A stretch of DNA of 64,000 nt from assembly GCA_963664015.2 (NCBI GenBank), contig CAXXLF010000002.1:928001-992000 (forward strand). The letters are read 5' to 3'. The notes beneath the pieces were generated by a model. That model worked only from the letters and a program-made list of their open reading frames with translations. It was not told where the DNA came from and made no database searches. Within the stretch, counting starts at the first letter, position 1; each line of letters starts with the position of its first letter. Both the position numbers and the translations under genes were made by a program. Below, one piece after another: positions 40,680 through 51,500 of this stretch. This DNA comes from Candidatus Binatia bacterium (lineage in GTDB: Bacteria > Desulfobacterota > Binatia > UBA9968 > CAXXLF01).

Positions 40680-41840
40680 TCAAGAACCGCCGGCCTGGAC
40701 TGGACGGGGCCCCTTGGTTTCGCCTAGGCTACGAATCTCCGGATAGACTTCTCGGGCAAAGAGCTCCATGCTCCGGCGGGTTTCCGCTGCATTCATAAAA
40801 CCGGCCTGATTCATCATCAGGAGGTGCCCCACGCCGCATCGCTCGTGCAAGTATTTTACTTTTCCAGTTACTGTCTTTGGGCTCCCGCAAATGACCACCC
40901 CCTGGGCCTTCAACTGCTCCCAGGACCGCGTGTAACGGGCATCGCCTTTCGGATCATAGAATTTGGCCAGGGCCTGAATGGGGGCAAATCCGTAGGGCGC
41001 GAAGAAGCCTGCCGGGCGTCTGCGGTTCAAGTACCAGAGAAGTTTTTTTCCTGTCTCCTCGGCCTGTTGATCGGTTTCCCCGGTGTAGCAAAGCCCCAGG
41101 TAGGCAAATTTCTCTGGGGCTGGTTCCGGGTACGCCATTTCCCGGCAGCGTTCCCGATACCTGTTAAACAGGGCATCGGTCTGGTCGTAGGACGTCAGAA
41201 AGGCACAAAAGGTATATTGGTGATCGGCGACCCAAGGAGCGCCGTCCGGGTTGCTGCCCGTGATCCAGATAGGTGGATGGGGCTGTTGATAGGGACGCGG
41301 CCAGGGGTTAACATAACGGTATTGAAAATGCTTCCCCTCCCAGTTGAACACCTCCTGGCAAGTCCACGCCTTTAAGATCAGATCGTGGGCCTCTTGCATC
41401 CTCTCCCGAGTGTGGGAGGGATTGGCATTGGCCGGGTGAATTTCGGTCCCTACCCCTCGTACAAAACCGATGATCATTCGCCCACCTGACAACACGTCCA
41501 ACATGGCGGCCTCTTCGGCCACCTGGACCGGATTGCGATGGACCACAGGGTAACCGACGATGGCTATCTTGGCCCGCTTGGTACGTCGGATCAGTGCGGC
41601 CGCACTGATAGAGACTTGGGCATCGAGGCACGTCGCGGTGGAGTGGTGTTCGTTGAGCATGATTTCCAGTCCCAGTTCGTCCGCGTACTCGAATTCGTCC
41701 AGATATCGGTTATACAGCTCGTGCCCCTTGTGAGGATCAAAGTATCGATTGAGAAGTGTCACGCGCATAGCGCCGAAACGATCCTCGACATCCTCCGGGA
41801 GGAAGGGATAAGGCATCTCGGAAAAATGATAGGCCAACAT
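40680..41840 (-). CDS. LLM-class (luciferase-like) flavin-dependent monooxygenase
   Basis: NEHH, P.QVAEE.AMLDVLSGGR, PRPYQQPHPPIW, SMELFAREV.P. Confidence 0.9.
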   Translation of the reverse strand: MLAYHFSEMPYPFLPEDVEDRFGAMRVTLLNRYFDPHKGHELYNRYLDEFEYADELGLEIMLNEHHSTATCLDAQVSISAAALIRRTKRAKIAIVGYPVVHRNPVQVAEEAAMLDVLSGGRMIIGFVRGVGTEIHPANANPSHTRERMQEAHDLILKAWTCQEVFNWEGKHFQYRYVNPWPRPYQQPHPPIWITGSNPDGAPWVADHQYTFCAFLTSYDQTDALFNRYRERCREMAYPEPAPEKFAYLGLCYTGETDQQAEETGKKLLWYLNRRRPAGFFAPYGFAPIQALAKFYDPKGDARYTRSWEQLKAQGVVICGSPKTVTGKVKYLHERCGVGHLLMMNQAGFMNAAETRRSMELFAREVYPEIRSLGETKGPRPVQAGGS

Positions 41841-41856
41841 AGGAAGGTCCTCTCCG

Positions 41857-42669
41857 TTAGAGCAGGAATTCGGCCACTGCTCGCACAAACCCCCCAGGCT
41901 GCTCGAGATGGGGGTAATGGCCAGATTGAGAGATCAGTTGAAATTTAGAATCCGGGACCGCCTCGTGGTAGGCACGCCCATAGTCGGGCGAAACAACTCG
42001 GTCACTCTCCCCCCAGATGATCAGGGTTGGGATTCGGATCCGGGCTAACCGTCTTCGCAGCTTTGGGTTATGCATGAAGGGCTTCCATCCCAGGGCGAGC
42101 ACGGCTTGACGATTGAGCAGGCATTCGGTCAGCTCCGTTTCGCTCAAGTCCGCCATACCAGGGACCTTCATTTGGCCGGCCTTGGCCGGATCATGCCATG
42201 CCAGGCGGGCATGCTCCTCGGCAGGGATTACGAACAGATCCGCGATGTCACGCACCCAGGGTTCGGAGATCTTGATCCCAAAGGCATCGGCAAGGATTAG
42301 CCGCTTCAAATACACTTGGCATCGAACGGCCATCTCAGCGGCCACCCAATCCCCAAAGCCGATCCCCAGGAGGTGAACACCACTCGGGTGCAGCTTTTCC
42401 ATGAAGTCCAGCATTACATAGGCAAGATCGTCGACGCTGTCTACCCAAGAGGGGAGTTCGGAACGGCCCAGACCGGGTAGTGAAGGGACCAAGACCTGAA
42501 AGCGCTCGGCCAGTAAATTGTGGAACGGCAACATCTCCCGCCCGATCTCTTCCCCCTGAAGAATAACCAAGGCAGGCCCCTCCCCCTTGGTCCGCAGTTC
42601 CAGCGTGAATCCGTCAATCGCGACGGTTTGTTCTTGCCAAGAGGTTGCCATCGCATTCAAAGGACTCAA
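41857..42669 (-). CDS. Alpha/beta hydrolase-fold protein lacking the canonical nucleophile serine
   Basis: PGLGRS, LLGIGFGDW in place of GxSxG, IWGESD, GHYPHLEQP. Confidence 0.8.
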   Translation of the reverse strand: MSPLNAMATSWQEQTVAIDGFTLELRTKGEGPALVILQGEEIGREMLPFHNLLAERFQVLVPSLPGLGRSELPSWVDSVDDLAYVMLDFMEKLHPSGVHLLGIGFGDWVAAEMAVRCQVYLKRLILADAFGIKISEPWVRDIADLFVIPAEEHARLAWHDPAKAGQMKVPGMADLSETELTECLLNRQAVLALGWKPFMHNPKLRRRLARIRIPTLIIWGESDRVVSPDYGRAYHEAVPDSKFQLISQSGHYPHLEQPGGFVRAVAEFLL

Positions 42670-43547
42670 TACTTCTTATAGAAATCGATCGCCAGCTGAT
42701 TCAAACGATCCGGGTGTTCGATGTGAGAACAATGACGGGATCGGTCGAAGATCTGGACACTGGATCCCGTGATCTGTCTCTGCAATTCTTCCGTATAAGT
42801 CGGGGGCCGCAGCAAGTCCTCGGCTCCTGCAACGATCAAGACCGGACAATGAATCTTGTCATAGTCGGATCGCGACGGCCGGAAGCCCCGATCCTGCCCC
42901 TCCGGCGCTAGCCGAGGAACGGCACAGGCCTCCCATACGCCGGGCTCCCGGCTTGCCTGCCAGCGCTCCTCCAATATTTCATTGGACCACCAGTGCTCGT
43001 TGTAAAATAGCACCTGAAGGATCTCTCGCATTTCCTCGCGCGTGCCGTTGTACCGTGTCAGGACCTTACGGGCGTCATTATCCGGCGCGCTTCCTCCTCC
43101 ACTGACCACGACTACCGATCGAACAGGCACCCCGAGCGCCCCGGTAGCTGTTATTTGTAGTGCCAAGCCCCCGCCGTAGGAATTCCCCATCAGGTGGACC
43201 GGCCCAAGCCCCAGGGTCTCCACAAATCGTCGTAAATGTCCCCTCCGAAAGCCCGCGGGATCAGTGAAACTGTATACCAAATCTGTACGCCCAAATCCGA
43301 CCAAGTCCGGCGCCACGACTCGGAAGTGTTTTCCCAGCTCGGAAATATTGTAGCGCCAGCTAAACTCCGCCCGGGCACCAAACTCGCCGCTATGGATGAG
43401 CAAGACGGTAGCTGTATTCTCACTCACGTTGTCCGGCGCCGCCTCCAGGTAATGGGTCCAAACGTCTCCAACCTGGGCAAAAGCACTTCTGACTCCCTGA
43501 GGGAGATGGGTAGCGGGGCTGGGGCTTGTATTCACTGTCGCTTCCAC
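42666..43547 (-). CDS. Alpha/beta hydrolase (C-C/meta-cleavage hydrolase-like)
   Basis: APDLVGFG, GNSYGG, GAED, HCSHIEHP. Confidence 0.88.
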   Translation of the reverse strand: MEATVNTSPSPATHLPQGVRSAFAQVGDVWTHYLEAAPDNVSENTATVLLIHSGEFGARAEFSWRYNISELGKHFRVVAPDLVGFGRTDLVYSFTDPAGFRRGHLRRFVETLGLGPVHLMGNSYGGGLALQITATGALGVPVRSVVVVSGGGSAPDNDARKVLTRYNGTREEMREILQVLFYNEHWWSNEILEERWQASREPGVWEACAVPRLAPEGQDRGFRPSRSDYDKIHCPVLIVAGAEDLLRPPTYTEELQRQITGSSVQIFDRSRHCSHIEHPDRLNQLAIDFYKKY

Positions 43548-43632
43548 GATGGGAAATTATCTTGATTGCGCTGGTGTGTCAACTCACATAGGGAGAGTGA
43601 TCCCTTGACGGTGCCTCGGGCAAACAATGGAA

Positions 43633-43663
43633 CAAAGGGAAGAGCTACGGCTTCTCCCCTTTG
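43633..43663. repeat. Intergenic REP-like hairpin
   Basis: CAAAGGG-AAGAGC-TACG-GCTTCT-C-CCCTTTG. Confidence 0.4.
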
Positions 43664-43821
43664 GAAACCCCATCGGTCATGTGCCTGCGACAAACCGCGG
43701 GGTTCCCTCATAAAGTGGCCGCCTTAGCCCTTTATTCTCCCTAGAAAACGAGCCTAAGGAAAATATTTCACTTCCCGGTCCTTTTCATGCTACGGTTTGA
43801 CCCTAAAGGAGGTCACAAACC

Positions 43822-44625
43822 ATGAACTGGGGAATGCAAAACCGGCTCGCGAGAATCATTAAACCGGAAGACGGCCGTTCCGTCATGCTGGCGGTGGACC
43901 ATGGCTATTTTTTAGGACCTACGGGTGGGCTGGAAGAGCCACGTAAAACCATCGAACCCCTTCTACCATACGCAGACTCGATCATGCTGACCCGTGGGGT
44001 GCTGCGGACCTCCGTCGACGCCAATTCCTCGGCACCGGTGGTTCTCAGGGTCTCCGGTGGAACTAGCATATTGAAGGAGCTTTCCAACGAAGACATCACC
44101 GTCTCCATCGACGATGCCATTCGGTTGAACGTTTCCGCTATGGCCCTATCGATCTTTGTCGGATCTGAGTTCGAGAAGCAGACGCTCCTCAGCCTGACAC
44201 GACTCGTGGACGAGGGGGAAAAGTATGGCATACCTATTTTGGCAGTGACCGCCGTGGGCAAAGACATGGCGCGGGATGCCAGGTATCTGAGCCTCGCCTG
44301 CCGGATAGCAGCCGAATTAGGGGCCCACATTGTGAAGACCTACTTTTGTGATGACTTTGACAAGGTTATAGGGAGCTGTCCTATCCCCGTGATCATCGCT
44401 GGTGGGAAGAAGATCCCCGAGCGGGAAGCCCTCGAATTGGCCTACAATGCCGTCCAGGGAGGCGCCATCGGTGTCGATATGGGACGGAATATCTTTCAGT
44501 CGGACAGCCCCGTGGGGATGATCCAGGCCGTGCGCTCCATCGTTCATGAAAACACAACGGTAAACCAAGCCTATAAGATCTACGAGAGCTCCAAGGGGAC
44601 GAAGGCCAGTAGGGCCGCAGGTTAG
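43822..44625 (+). CDS. lsrF: LsrF-type thiolase/DhnA-class aldolase
   Basis: WGMQNRLARI, DHGYFLGPT.GLE, IAGGKK, GVDMGRNIFQ. Confidence 0.88.
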   Translation: MNWGMQNRLARIIKPEDGRSVMLAVDHGYFLGPTGGLEEPRKTIEPLLPYADSIMLTRGVLRTSVDANSSAPVVLRVSGGTSILKELSNEDITVSIDDAIRLNVSAMALSIFVGSEFEKQTLLSLTRLVDEGEKYGIPILAVTAVGKDMARDARYLSLACRIAAELGAHIVKTYFCDDFDKVIGSCPIPVIIAGGKKIPEREALELAYNAVQGGAIGVDMGRNIFQSDSPVGMIQAVRSIVHENTTVNQAYKIYESSKGTKASRAAG

Positions 44626-44689
44626 TGAGTTAGTCCAACTCGATTCGGTTCCGGGCTCTCACGCCAGGCAGGCAGACCAGAGACAACCC

Positions 44690-45718
44690 ATGCGAGTCGC
44701 CATGTATTACAACAACCGGGACGTCCGGATGGAAGAGGCACCGGTGCCCTCCATCGGTCCTGGCGAACTCTTGGTCCGCATCATGGCCAGTGGTATCTGC
44801 GGCACCGACGTAATGGAATGGTACCGGCTGAAAAAGGCACCTCTGGTCTTAGGCCACGAGATCGCCGGTGAGGTAGCTCATGTCGGCGACGGCGTTCAGG
44901 ATTACCATCCTGGAGACCGAGTCTTCGTCTCTCATCACGTTCCCTGTAACCGCTGCCGCTACTGTCAGAGTGGTCACCACTCGGTTTGCGACACCCTACG
45001 CACCACTCACTTCGACCCGGGGGGATTTGCCGAGTATATCCGGGTACCCAAGATCAATGTCGAAACCGGCACCTTCCGCTTGCCCGATAAGATGACCTAT
45101 GAAGAAGGCTCTTTCATCGAGCCCCTGGCCTGTGTGGTTCGAGGGCAGAGATTGGCGCACCTGGAAGCGCACCAAAACGTCCTCGTCATTGGGAGTGGCA
45201 TCTCAGGTCTGCTTCACGTTCAACTGGCCCGGGCTCGTAACGCCAAGCGTGTGGTGGCAACCGACATCAACGACTTTCGTTTGCGGTCAGCTAAGGCATT
45301 GGGTGCCCATGCGACTATTCGTGCCACAGAGGATGTACCGGCACGGCTTCGAGAGGTCAACGAGGGATACCTGGCCGACCTCGTCATCGTTTGCACGGGA
45401 GCTAAGGCGGCCGCCCAGCAGGCATTGGCATCGGTCGATCGAGGTGGGACCATTCTCTTTTTCGCACCCGCCGCCGAGAACGTCGATGTCCCAATTCCGC
45501 TCTATGAGCTATGGCGCAACGAGGTTACCTTGACCACAACCTACGCAGGGAGCCCTCAGGATCTTAAGGAATCCATAGAATTGATCCGTAGCCAACAGAT
45601 TAGGGTGCAGGAGATGATCACCCATCGGCTCAGCCTGGCCGAAGCGGGGTTGGGTTTTGAACTGGTTCAGAAGGCCGAGGACTCTATCAAGGTTATTATC
45701 GAACCCCATCGTACCTAA
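44690..45718 (+). CDS. Zinc-dependent alcohol/polyol dehydrogenase
   Basis: GICGTD, GHE, C..C..C structural Zn, EPLAC, G.G.SG. Confidence 0.9.
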   Translation: MRVAMYYNNRDVRMEEAPVPSIGPGELLVRIMASGICGTDVMEWYRLKKAPLVLGHEIAGEVAHVGDGVQDYHPGDRVFVSHHVPCNRCRYCQSGHHSVCDTLRTTHFDPGGFAEYIRVPKINVETGTFRLPDKMTYEEGSFIEPLACVVRGQRLAHLEAHQNVLVIGSGISGLLHVQLARARNAKRVVATDINDFRLRSAKALGAHATIRATEDVPARLREVNEGYLADLVIVCTGAKAAAQQALASVDRGGTILFFAPAAENVDVPIPLYELWRNEVTLTTTYAGSPQDLKESIELIRSQQIRVQEMITHRLSLAEAGLGFELVQKAEDSIKVIIEPHRT

Positions 45719-45765
45719 GCGAGTATCCGAAAAACCGTCCTAAAAACTCCCCTCAGTAAAAACTT

Positions 45766-47037
45766 CTAAGTTGCCGGCGCCACCGCCGGATCCCGCTGGG
45801 GATTATTTTCCTTTAGCTCACCGTGCCACAGAGACCGGACAACGGTCGATGCCACCAAGACCACGAGAGCAATCACCACCGCCAGAAGCACCAATCCGCG
45901 AACCGCACCGACCTGGACCGCCACGGTGCCAAGAAAGACACCGCTCAGAACACGTGTCCCGCTTGAGGCCAGATTGTAAACCCCCATGACACGGCCACGA
46001 ACGGGCTGCGGGGCCCAAGACTGGATGATGCTCTGCGCCATGGAGGAAAACACGATCTGGGTCGTTCCGACCATGCAGAGTAAAAGGAAGGAAATCCAAT
46101 ACGTGGAAGACCAAGCGAAAAGTACCAAAAGGAGGGACCAGACCAGCGTTGCAGAAGTTACCACAACGGGCCGGAGCCTCGTACTACCGATCCAGCCGAG
46201 CAGAAACCCACCGGCTAGGGCGCCCAGCCCCCCCGCGAGCAAGAGGATCGAATAGCCTGTGGCCGATGCCCCCAAGCGTTCGGCAAAGGGAGGCATAAAG
46301 GCCTGAAAGGTATTGCCCACCAGGAACGATGTAGCCGCCACCACAACCAGCAGGGCGACAATAGTCGGATTTCGTCGCACCGTTGCCAGCCCTTGGAATA
46401 CGGAGCCTAACCCGGTTTGGTCGGATCGCCTTTCCCCCGCCCCTCGATATGGGAGGAAAACAACGAGAACCGACAATGGAAGATAGATCAACACGTTGGC
46501 GATAAGACCCCATCCGGGACCGACCCAGGACATGAGCCCACCGCCAATGAGCGGACCCACCATGTGTGCAATGGGCCTCAAGGAGGCGTTCAAACTGATA
46601 GCGCTCACCAATTTATCCTTCCCCACCATTTCATGAATGATCAGCATACTGCTCGGGGCGGAGATAAGACCGGCAACGCCATGGAAGACAAGTAGAATGG
46701 CGACGTGCCAAACCTCCAGCCGACCGGTGAGAAGGAGGACCCCCCAGCCAATAGAGGAGATAATGAACAGCACCTGAGAGGCCTGGATCAGCCGGCGGCA
46801 GTCGAACCGGTCGGCCAAAGATCCTGAATGGAGCGCAAACAATGTGAAGGGAAGCCAGTGGGCGACCAGGGCATACCCCAGCCAGAAGGTCGAGTGGGTA
46901 AGCTGCCATATCACCCAATAGCCGATAACGTGCTCCACATTATCGGCGACCATGGATAGCATCGTTGCTAGAGCGTAGTACCTGAAATGGGGGACGCTGA
47001 GGGCGGGAAACCGATTAGATTTGGACGGAACTTCCAA
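45766..47037 (-). CDS. MFS transporter (start TTG 47037 or further upstream)
   Basis: About 12 TM segments, GSLADRFDCRR, VRGRVMG. Confidence 0.88.
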   Translation of the reverse strand: MEVPSKSNRFPALSVPHFRYYALATMLSMVADNVEHVIGYWVIWQLTHSTFWLGYALVAHWLPFTLFALHSGSLADRFDCRRLIQASQVLFIISSIGWGVLLLTGRLEVWHVAILLVFHGVAGLISAPSSMLIIHEMVGKDKLVSAISLNASLRPIAHMVGPLIGGGLMSWVGPGWGLIANVLIYLPLSVLVVFLPYRGAGERRSDQTGLGSVFQGLATVRRNPTIVALLVVVAATSFLVGNTFQAFMPPFAERLGASATGYSILLLAGGLGALAGGFLLGWIGSTRLRPVVVTSATLVWSLLLVLFAWSSTYWISFLLLCMVGTTQIVFSSMAQSIIQSWAPQPVRGRVMGVYNLASSGTRVLSGVFLGTVAVQVGAVRGLVLLAVVIALVVLVASTVVRSLWHGELKENNPQRDPAVAPAT

Positions 47038-47040
47038 CGG

Positions 47041-47077
47041 CCCCCCCCCCCCACCATTGGGATCCGGATCCCAATGG
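47041..47077. repeat. C12 tract plus perfect 24-bp palindrome
   Basis: C12 at 47041-47052; CCATTGGGATCC|GGATCCCAATGG at 47054-47077. Confidence 0.85.
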
Positions 47078-47157
47078 GCCTGTGGTTCTGTTACTCGGTC
47101 CGGCACGAGAGAAGGGACAATAAACGCGAGACCCAATGACGCTGAAAGGCGGGTGAG

Positions 47158-47361
47158 CTACGCTGGCACGATTTCTTTAATGACCATGCGCGCCTTTCCT
47201 TCGGCAATCTCTCTTAGAGCCACGACGATCTCTCTATTGTCTGACGCCACCATAGGCTTGGCACCCTTCAAGAGCTGTTTCGCCCTCTGGGCCGCGAGCA
47301 GAACCAAGGAAAAACGGTTAGGAACTTTCAGGAGGCAGTCCTCAAGAGTAATTCTGGCCAA
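47158..47361 (-). CDS. rpoZ: RNA polymerase omega subunit
   Basis: [28 protein letters not shown]. Confidence 0.96.
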   Translation of the reverse strand: MARITLEDCLLKVPNRFSLVLLAAQRAKQLLKGAKPMVASDNREIVVALREIAEGKARMVIKEIVPA

Positions 47362-47420
47362 TAGATTCTCCCTATCTAACTAGTTAAATGGATTCCTGTA
47401 TTAAATCAGATCCCCCGTCT

Positions 47421-48503
47421 TTATTCAATCGGTGTCAGTTGGCCCGCCAAAGCACCTGGAATCATTCGCCAAACTGTTCGCTGTTGCTGACTGGGACCCT
47501 CGTCGATCTCGAAACCAAGATCTTCAATCATCCGGTGCGCATCGGAGGCCCTCTGACCGGGAGTTGTTAAGTAACCGTTGACGAATATGGAATTGGCTGG
47601 GTAGAGGCTCAAGGGCTGGAGCGATCGCAGGTTGACCTCCCTCCCACCGGCAACCCGGATCTCCCTGTCCGGATTAACGAAGCGAAAGAGGCAAAGGGCT
47701 TTTAGACAATACTGGGGCGTAAGGTTACTGGCCCCTTCCAGAGGAGTCCCAGGAATCGCGTGAAGAAAGTTAACCGGGATCGATTCCGCCTCCAACTCCC
47801 TCAGCTCCAGCGCCAGATCCAAGACATCGTCTTCGCTTTCTCCCATACCCAAGATACCGCCGCAACAAGGAGAAAGCCCGACCGCCTTCACATGTCCCAA
47901 CGTCTCCAGGCGATCCTCATAGGTATGGGTCTCACAGATCTCGGCGTAGTGATGACGGCTGGTGTTCAAATTGTGATTGACTCGCTCCACACCGGCCTCT
48001 TTCAGCGCCGTGGCTTTGGCTTTGGTGAGCAGGCCCAGCGAACAACAAATACTGATCGGCACGCGGCGCTTGATCTCCCGCACCACCTCTGTCAGCTCTG
48101 CGATCTCTTTATCCGTGGGTCCTCTCCCGCTGTTGACCATGCAGAATCGGACCGCCCCCTCGGCTTTGGCCTTGAGTGCTCCTTCGACGAGCTTTTCACG
48201 GTCTAGGAGTGGATACTTATCGATGGAGGCTGAAGAGACCGAAGACTGAGAACAGTAATGACAGTCTTCGGGACACAGCCCGCTCTTGGCGTTCATCAGG
48301 ACATGGATCTGCACCCGTTTGCCAAAATAGTGATGACGTACACGAAAGGCTGCCTGCAGGAGCTCGGGAAGTCTCTCGTCCGGTGCGTGGAGCACCGACA
48401 TCATTTCCTCTCGAGAGAGAACTTTCCCCTGGAGTGATTTTTCCGCGAATGTATTATAATCCATGGTCGATGTCAGTTCCTCCTCTAGCTCAGTGTTTAC
48501 CAT
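47421..48503 (-). CDS. bioB: Biotin synthase
   Basis: CPEDCHYCSQS, NHNLNTS, SIPVNFL, AGGRE, GYLTT. Confidence 0.95.
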   Translation of the reverse strand: MVNTELEEELTSTMDYNTFAEKSLQGKVLSREEMMSVLHAPDERLPELLQAAFRVRHHYFGKRVQIHVLMNAKSGLCPEDCHYCSQSSVSSASIDKYPLLDREKLVEGALKAKAEGAVRFCMVNSGRGPTDKEIAELTEVVREIKRRVPISICCSLGLLTKAKATALKEAGVERVNHNLNTSRHHYAEICETHTYEDRLETLGHVKAVGLSPCCGGILGMGESEDDVLDLALELRELEAESIPVNFLHAIPGTPLEGASNLTPQYCLKALCLFRFVNPDREIRVAGGREVNLRSLQPLSLYPANSIFVNGYLTTPGQRASDAHRMIEDLGFEIDEGPSQQQRTVWRMIPGALAGQLTPIE

Positions 48504-51500
48504 TCACTCCCCCTTCGTTGCAAATGTCGTATGCCCCGCTCTTTCCAAAGCCATTTGCTTGATCTTGCCCAGGTCCAATTTTCCAGATCCCAGCAACGGG
48601 ATGGAATCAACGAGATAGATGTTTTCCTCCTTGGGAATCCACAACCGAGGGAGCTCCGTGCGACGCAATCGGTCCCAGAGGTCACGGGAGGACAAGTCCT
48701 TGCTCGTGTACAGAACAACCAGACGCTCGCCTTTCTGTTCGTCTGGAACGGCAGTGACCGCACAGCAACTCTCACCCAGAATCTTGTTGACCACTTCCTC
48801 CAATTTAATATGAGGAATCATCTCTCCGCCGATCTTGCTGAAACGGGACATTCTGCCGGTGATAGTAATAAAGCCGTCTTCATCCACTGAAGCCATATCA
48901 CCGGTCACGTACCAGCCGTCCCGCACAACTTGGTCGGTCTCCTTGGGACGCCCCAGATAACCCATCATCATTCCGGGACCTTTGACCAAGAGGAGTCCCT
49001 CCTGGTTGCGCGAAAGGGTTTGACCGCCCTCGGGATCTACGACCTTGACTGCAACAGCTGGTATCGAGTGTCCAACGGTGCCCGGTTTCAAACCAATCTG
49101 GCGTACGGGGCCTTCCATAAAGTCCGGGACATTGACCGCCACCACCGGCCCCATCTCGGTACAACCGTAACCTTCCAGCAAATCCAGTCCGTATTTTTCC
49201 TTAAAGGCCTTGGCCGTAGGCTGCGGAAGATTTTCCGCCCCCACGACGGCAAACCGGAGCGATGAGAACTCCTCGGTTGTGCATTTGCGAATATACATGG
49301 AAGAGAAGGTCGGAGTGGAAATCAATAGAGTCGCTTTAAACTTGGATACCATCTCGCCAATGATGCCAGCATCCATGGGATTGACGTGATAGACGACGCC
49401 CAGCCCGGAGAGGAGCGGGAGCCACAGGGTCACCGTAAATCCAAAGGAATGAAAAAGCGGAAGGATCCCCATGATGCGGTCATTTTGAGTTAACCCAAAA
49501 ACCTGTCCCATAGCCTCGACGTTGGAGAAAATGTTGTGGTGGGAAAGCATTATCCCCTTCGGCTGCCCCGTGCTTCCGCTGGAAAAGATCACGCCGGCAA
49601 GGTCATCGGCGGAAGATTTAGGGGCCGTGTAGAGGGATTGGAGGACGAAAGAGGGGAGCAGAAACGCCGTGGCGGCAGCGGTCAGTTTTTTCCATGCTCC
49701 GATCTCTCCCATAACATTCTCGAGGGAGACGGACCCCTCTAGCTCTTCGATCTTCGCCTTGGCAATGAATAGTCGGGAGGTCAAAATGGTGCTAATCTCG
49801 CATTGGGCCACAGATGCCTCCATGGATTCCCGTCCGGCGGTGAAGTTTAGATTGACCGGCACCTTTCCCGCTAATAGGACAGCCACGTTGGCCAGCGCCC
49901 CGGCCACCGAAGCGGGCAAAAGCAGACCTACCATGCGCTGACCCCGACAGTGCTGACGGATCCAACGGGCAAGCAACAGCCCCCCCACGAGCAGTCGTCC
50001 GTAGGTGAGACGCCTGCCGCTTGAATCGGCCATTGCCAGAGAAAACCATCGCCCCTTGGCCGCTTTGATGAAGCCCAGATGAAGCTGGTCCCTGGGGGGC
50101 CGCCGGTGGGCAGCCGCCGCACTGCCCAGTTCCATAACTGCCTGGCGAACCCCATCGGCACGTACCGACGAGGCCATAGGCTTTCCGAACGAGACCGTCA
50201 CCGGATAGGGGAGCCGCTCAGGCCACTTGCGAAAGAACCGGCCCCGTTTGAAGCTAAAGATGCTCCCCCTCAACCGGTCCAGGTAGACGGGAATCACGGG
50301 GACATCCAATCCCTCAACCACCTTTTCGAATCCCCGCTTGAACGGCAGCAGATTCCCTGTACGGCTGATGCTGCCCTCGGCGAAGATACAAACCACATGA
50401 CCTTGCCGTAACTCTTCACGGGCGCTGTCGAATGCATCGAAGATCTCCTTTCGGTTCTGTCCTGAAACAGGGATGGTCTTCATCAGGCGAAAAAACCAAC
50501 GGAGGCCTAAGAGATCGTAAAAGGAGCGTAAAATCATAAAGCGGACGAAACGTTGCACACTGGCACCGATGAGTAGCCCATCCAGATACGAGATGTGATT
50601 GGAAACCAGCAATGCGGGGCCGCGGAATGGGACGTGTTCTTGTCCCAGAATACGGATACGGTACAGCGAATGGGTCAGCATCCAGAGGACAAAGCGGATC
50701 AGTAAATCGGGCAGGATACTGAGCACGAAAGCCGTTGCCGCCAGTGTGATCAGACCCAAGAATAGGATGATCCGGTCCACCGGGACTTGCAACAGGTCTC
50801 TTAACCCCCAGAGCGTACCGGAGGCTAGCAGTATCCCCACAGTTCCGAGAAAGTTAGCCGTGGCGATCAACTGACCCTTCTGTTCCCTGGGGCTTCGCTG
50901 CTGAACCAGTGCGTAGAGGGGGACAATGAACAGCCCGGTAAAAAACCCGAGCAAGACCAGAGACGATGCAACCCAGCCATAGTCGGGTACCGACCACAGG
51001 AGAAATAGAGAGAAAATCCCCATGCCGATGGATCCCACAGGAACGAGGCCCATCTCGACCTTGTCACCGGAGAGGTAACCCGCCGCTAGACTGCCCAACC
51101 CGATTCCAATGGCGAGGAAAGTCGCCAGTAACCCCACGTGCAGGTTATCCAATCCCATGAGCTCTTTGCTCATAAAAATAATGACAAGATGCAACAAGGC
51201 ACCGAAAAACCAGAAGTAGGCGATACCCAGAACCGCATACCAGAGCGTCTTATCCTTGATGAGTTGCTTGATGCCGCTCCCGATTGGCGCCCAGGGATTT
51301 ATTTGAAATGATTTTCGTGCCCCTGACGGAGAGACCTTGGCGATCCAAAAACTGGCTAGGGTCCCGGCCACGGCCAGGCTGACGGCAACGATTCCAATCC
51401 AAACAAGGTGTCCCTTCCAGGCTGCCAACATAACACTGCCGATAGAGGTCCCCAGGATAATCGCAAAAAAGGTGCTCATCTCCATAAGACCGTTGGCCCG

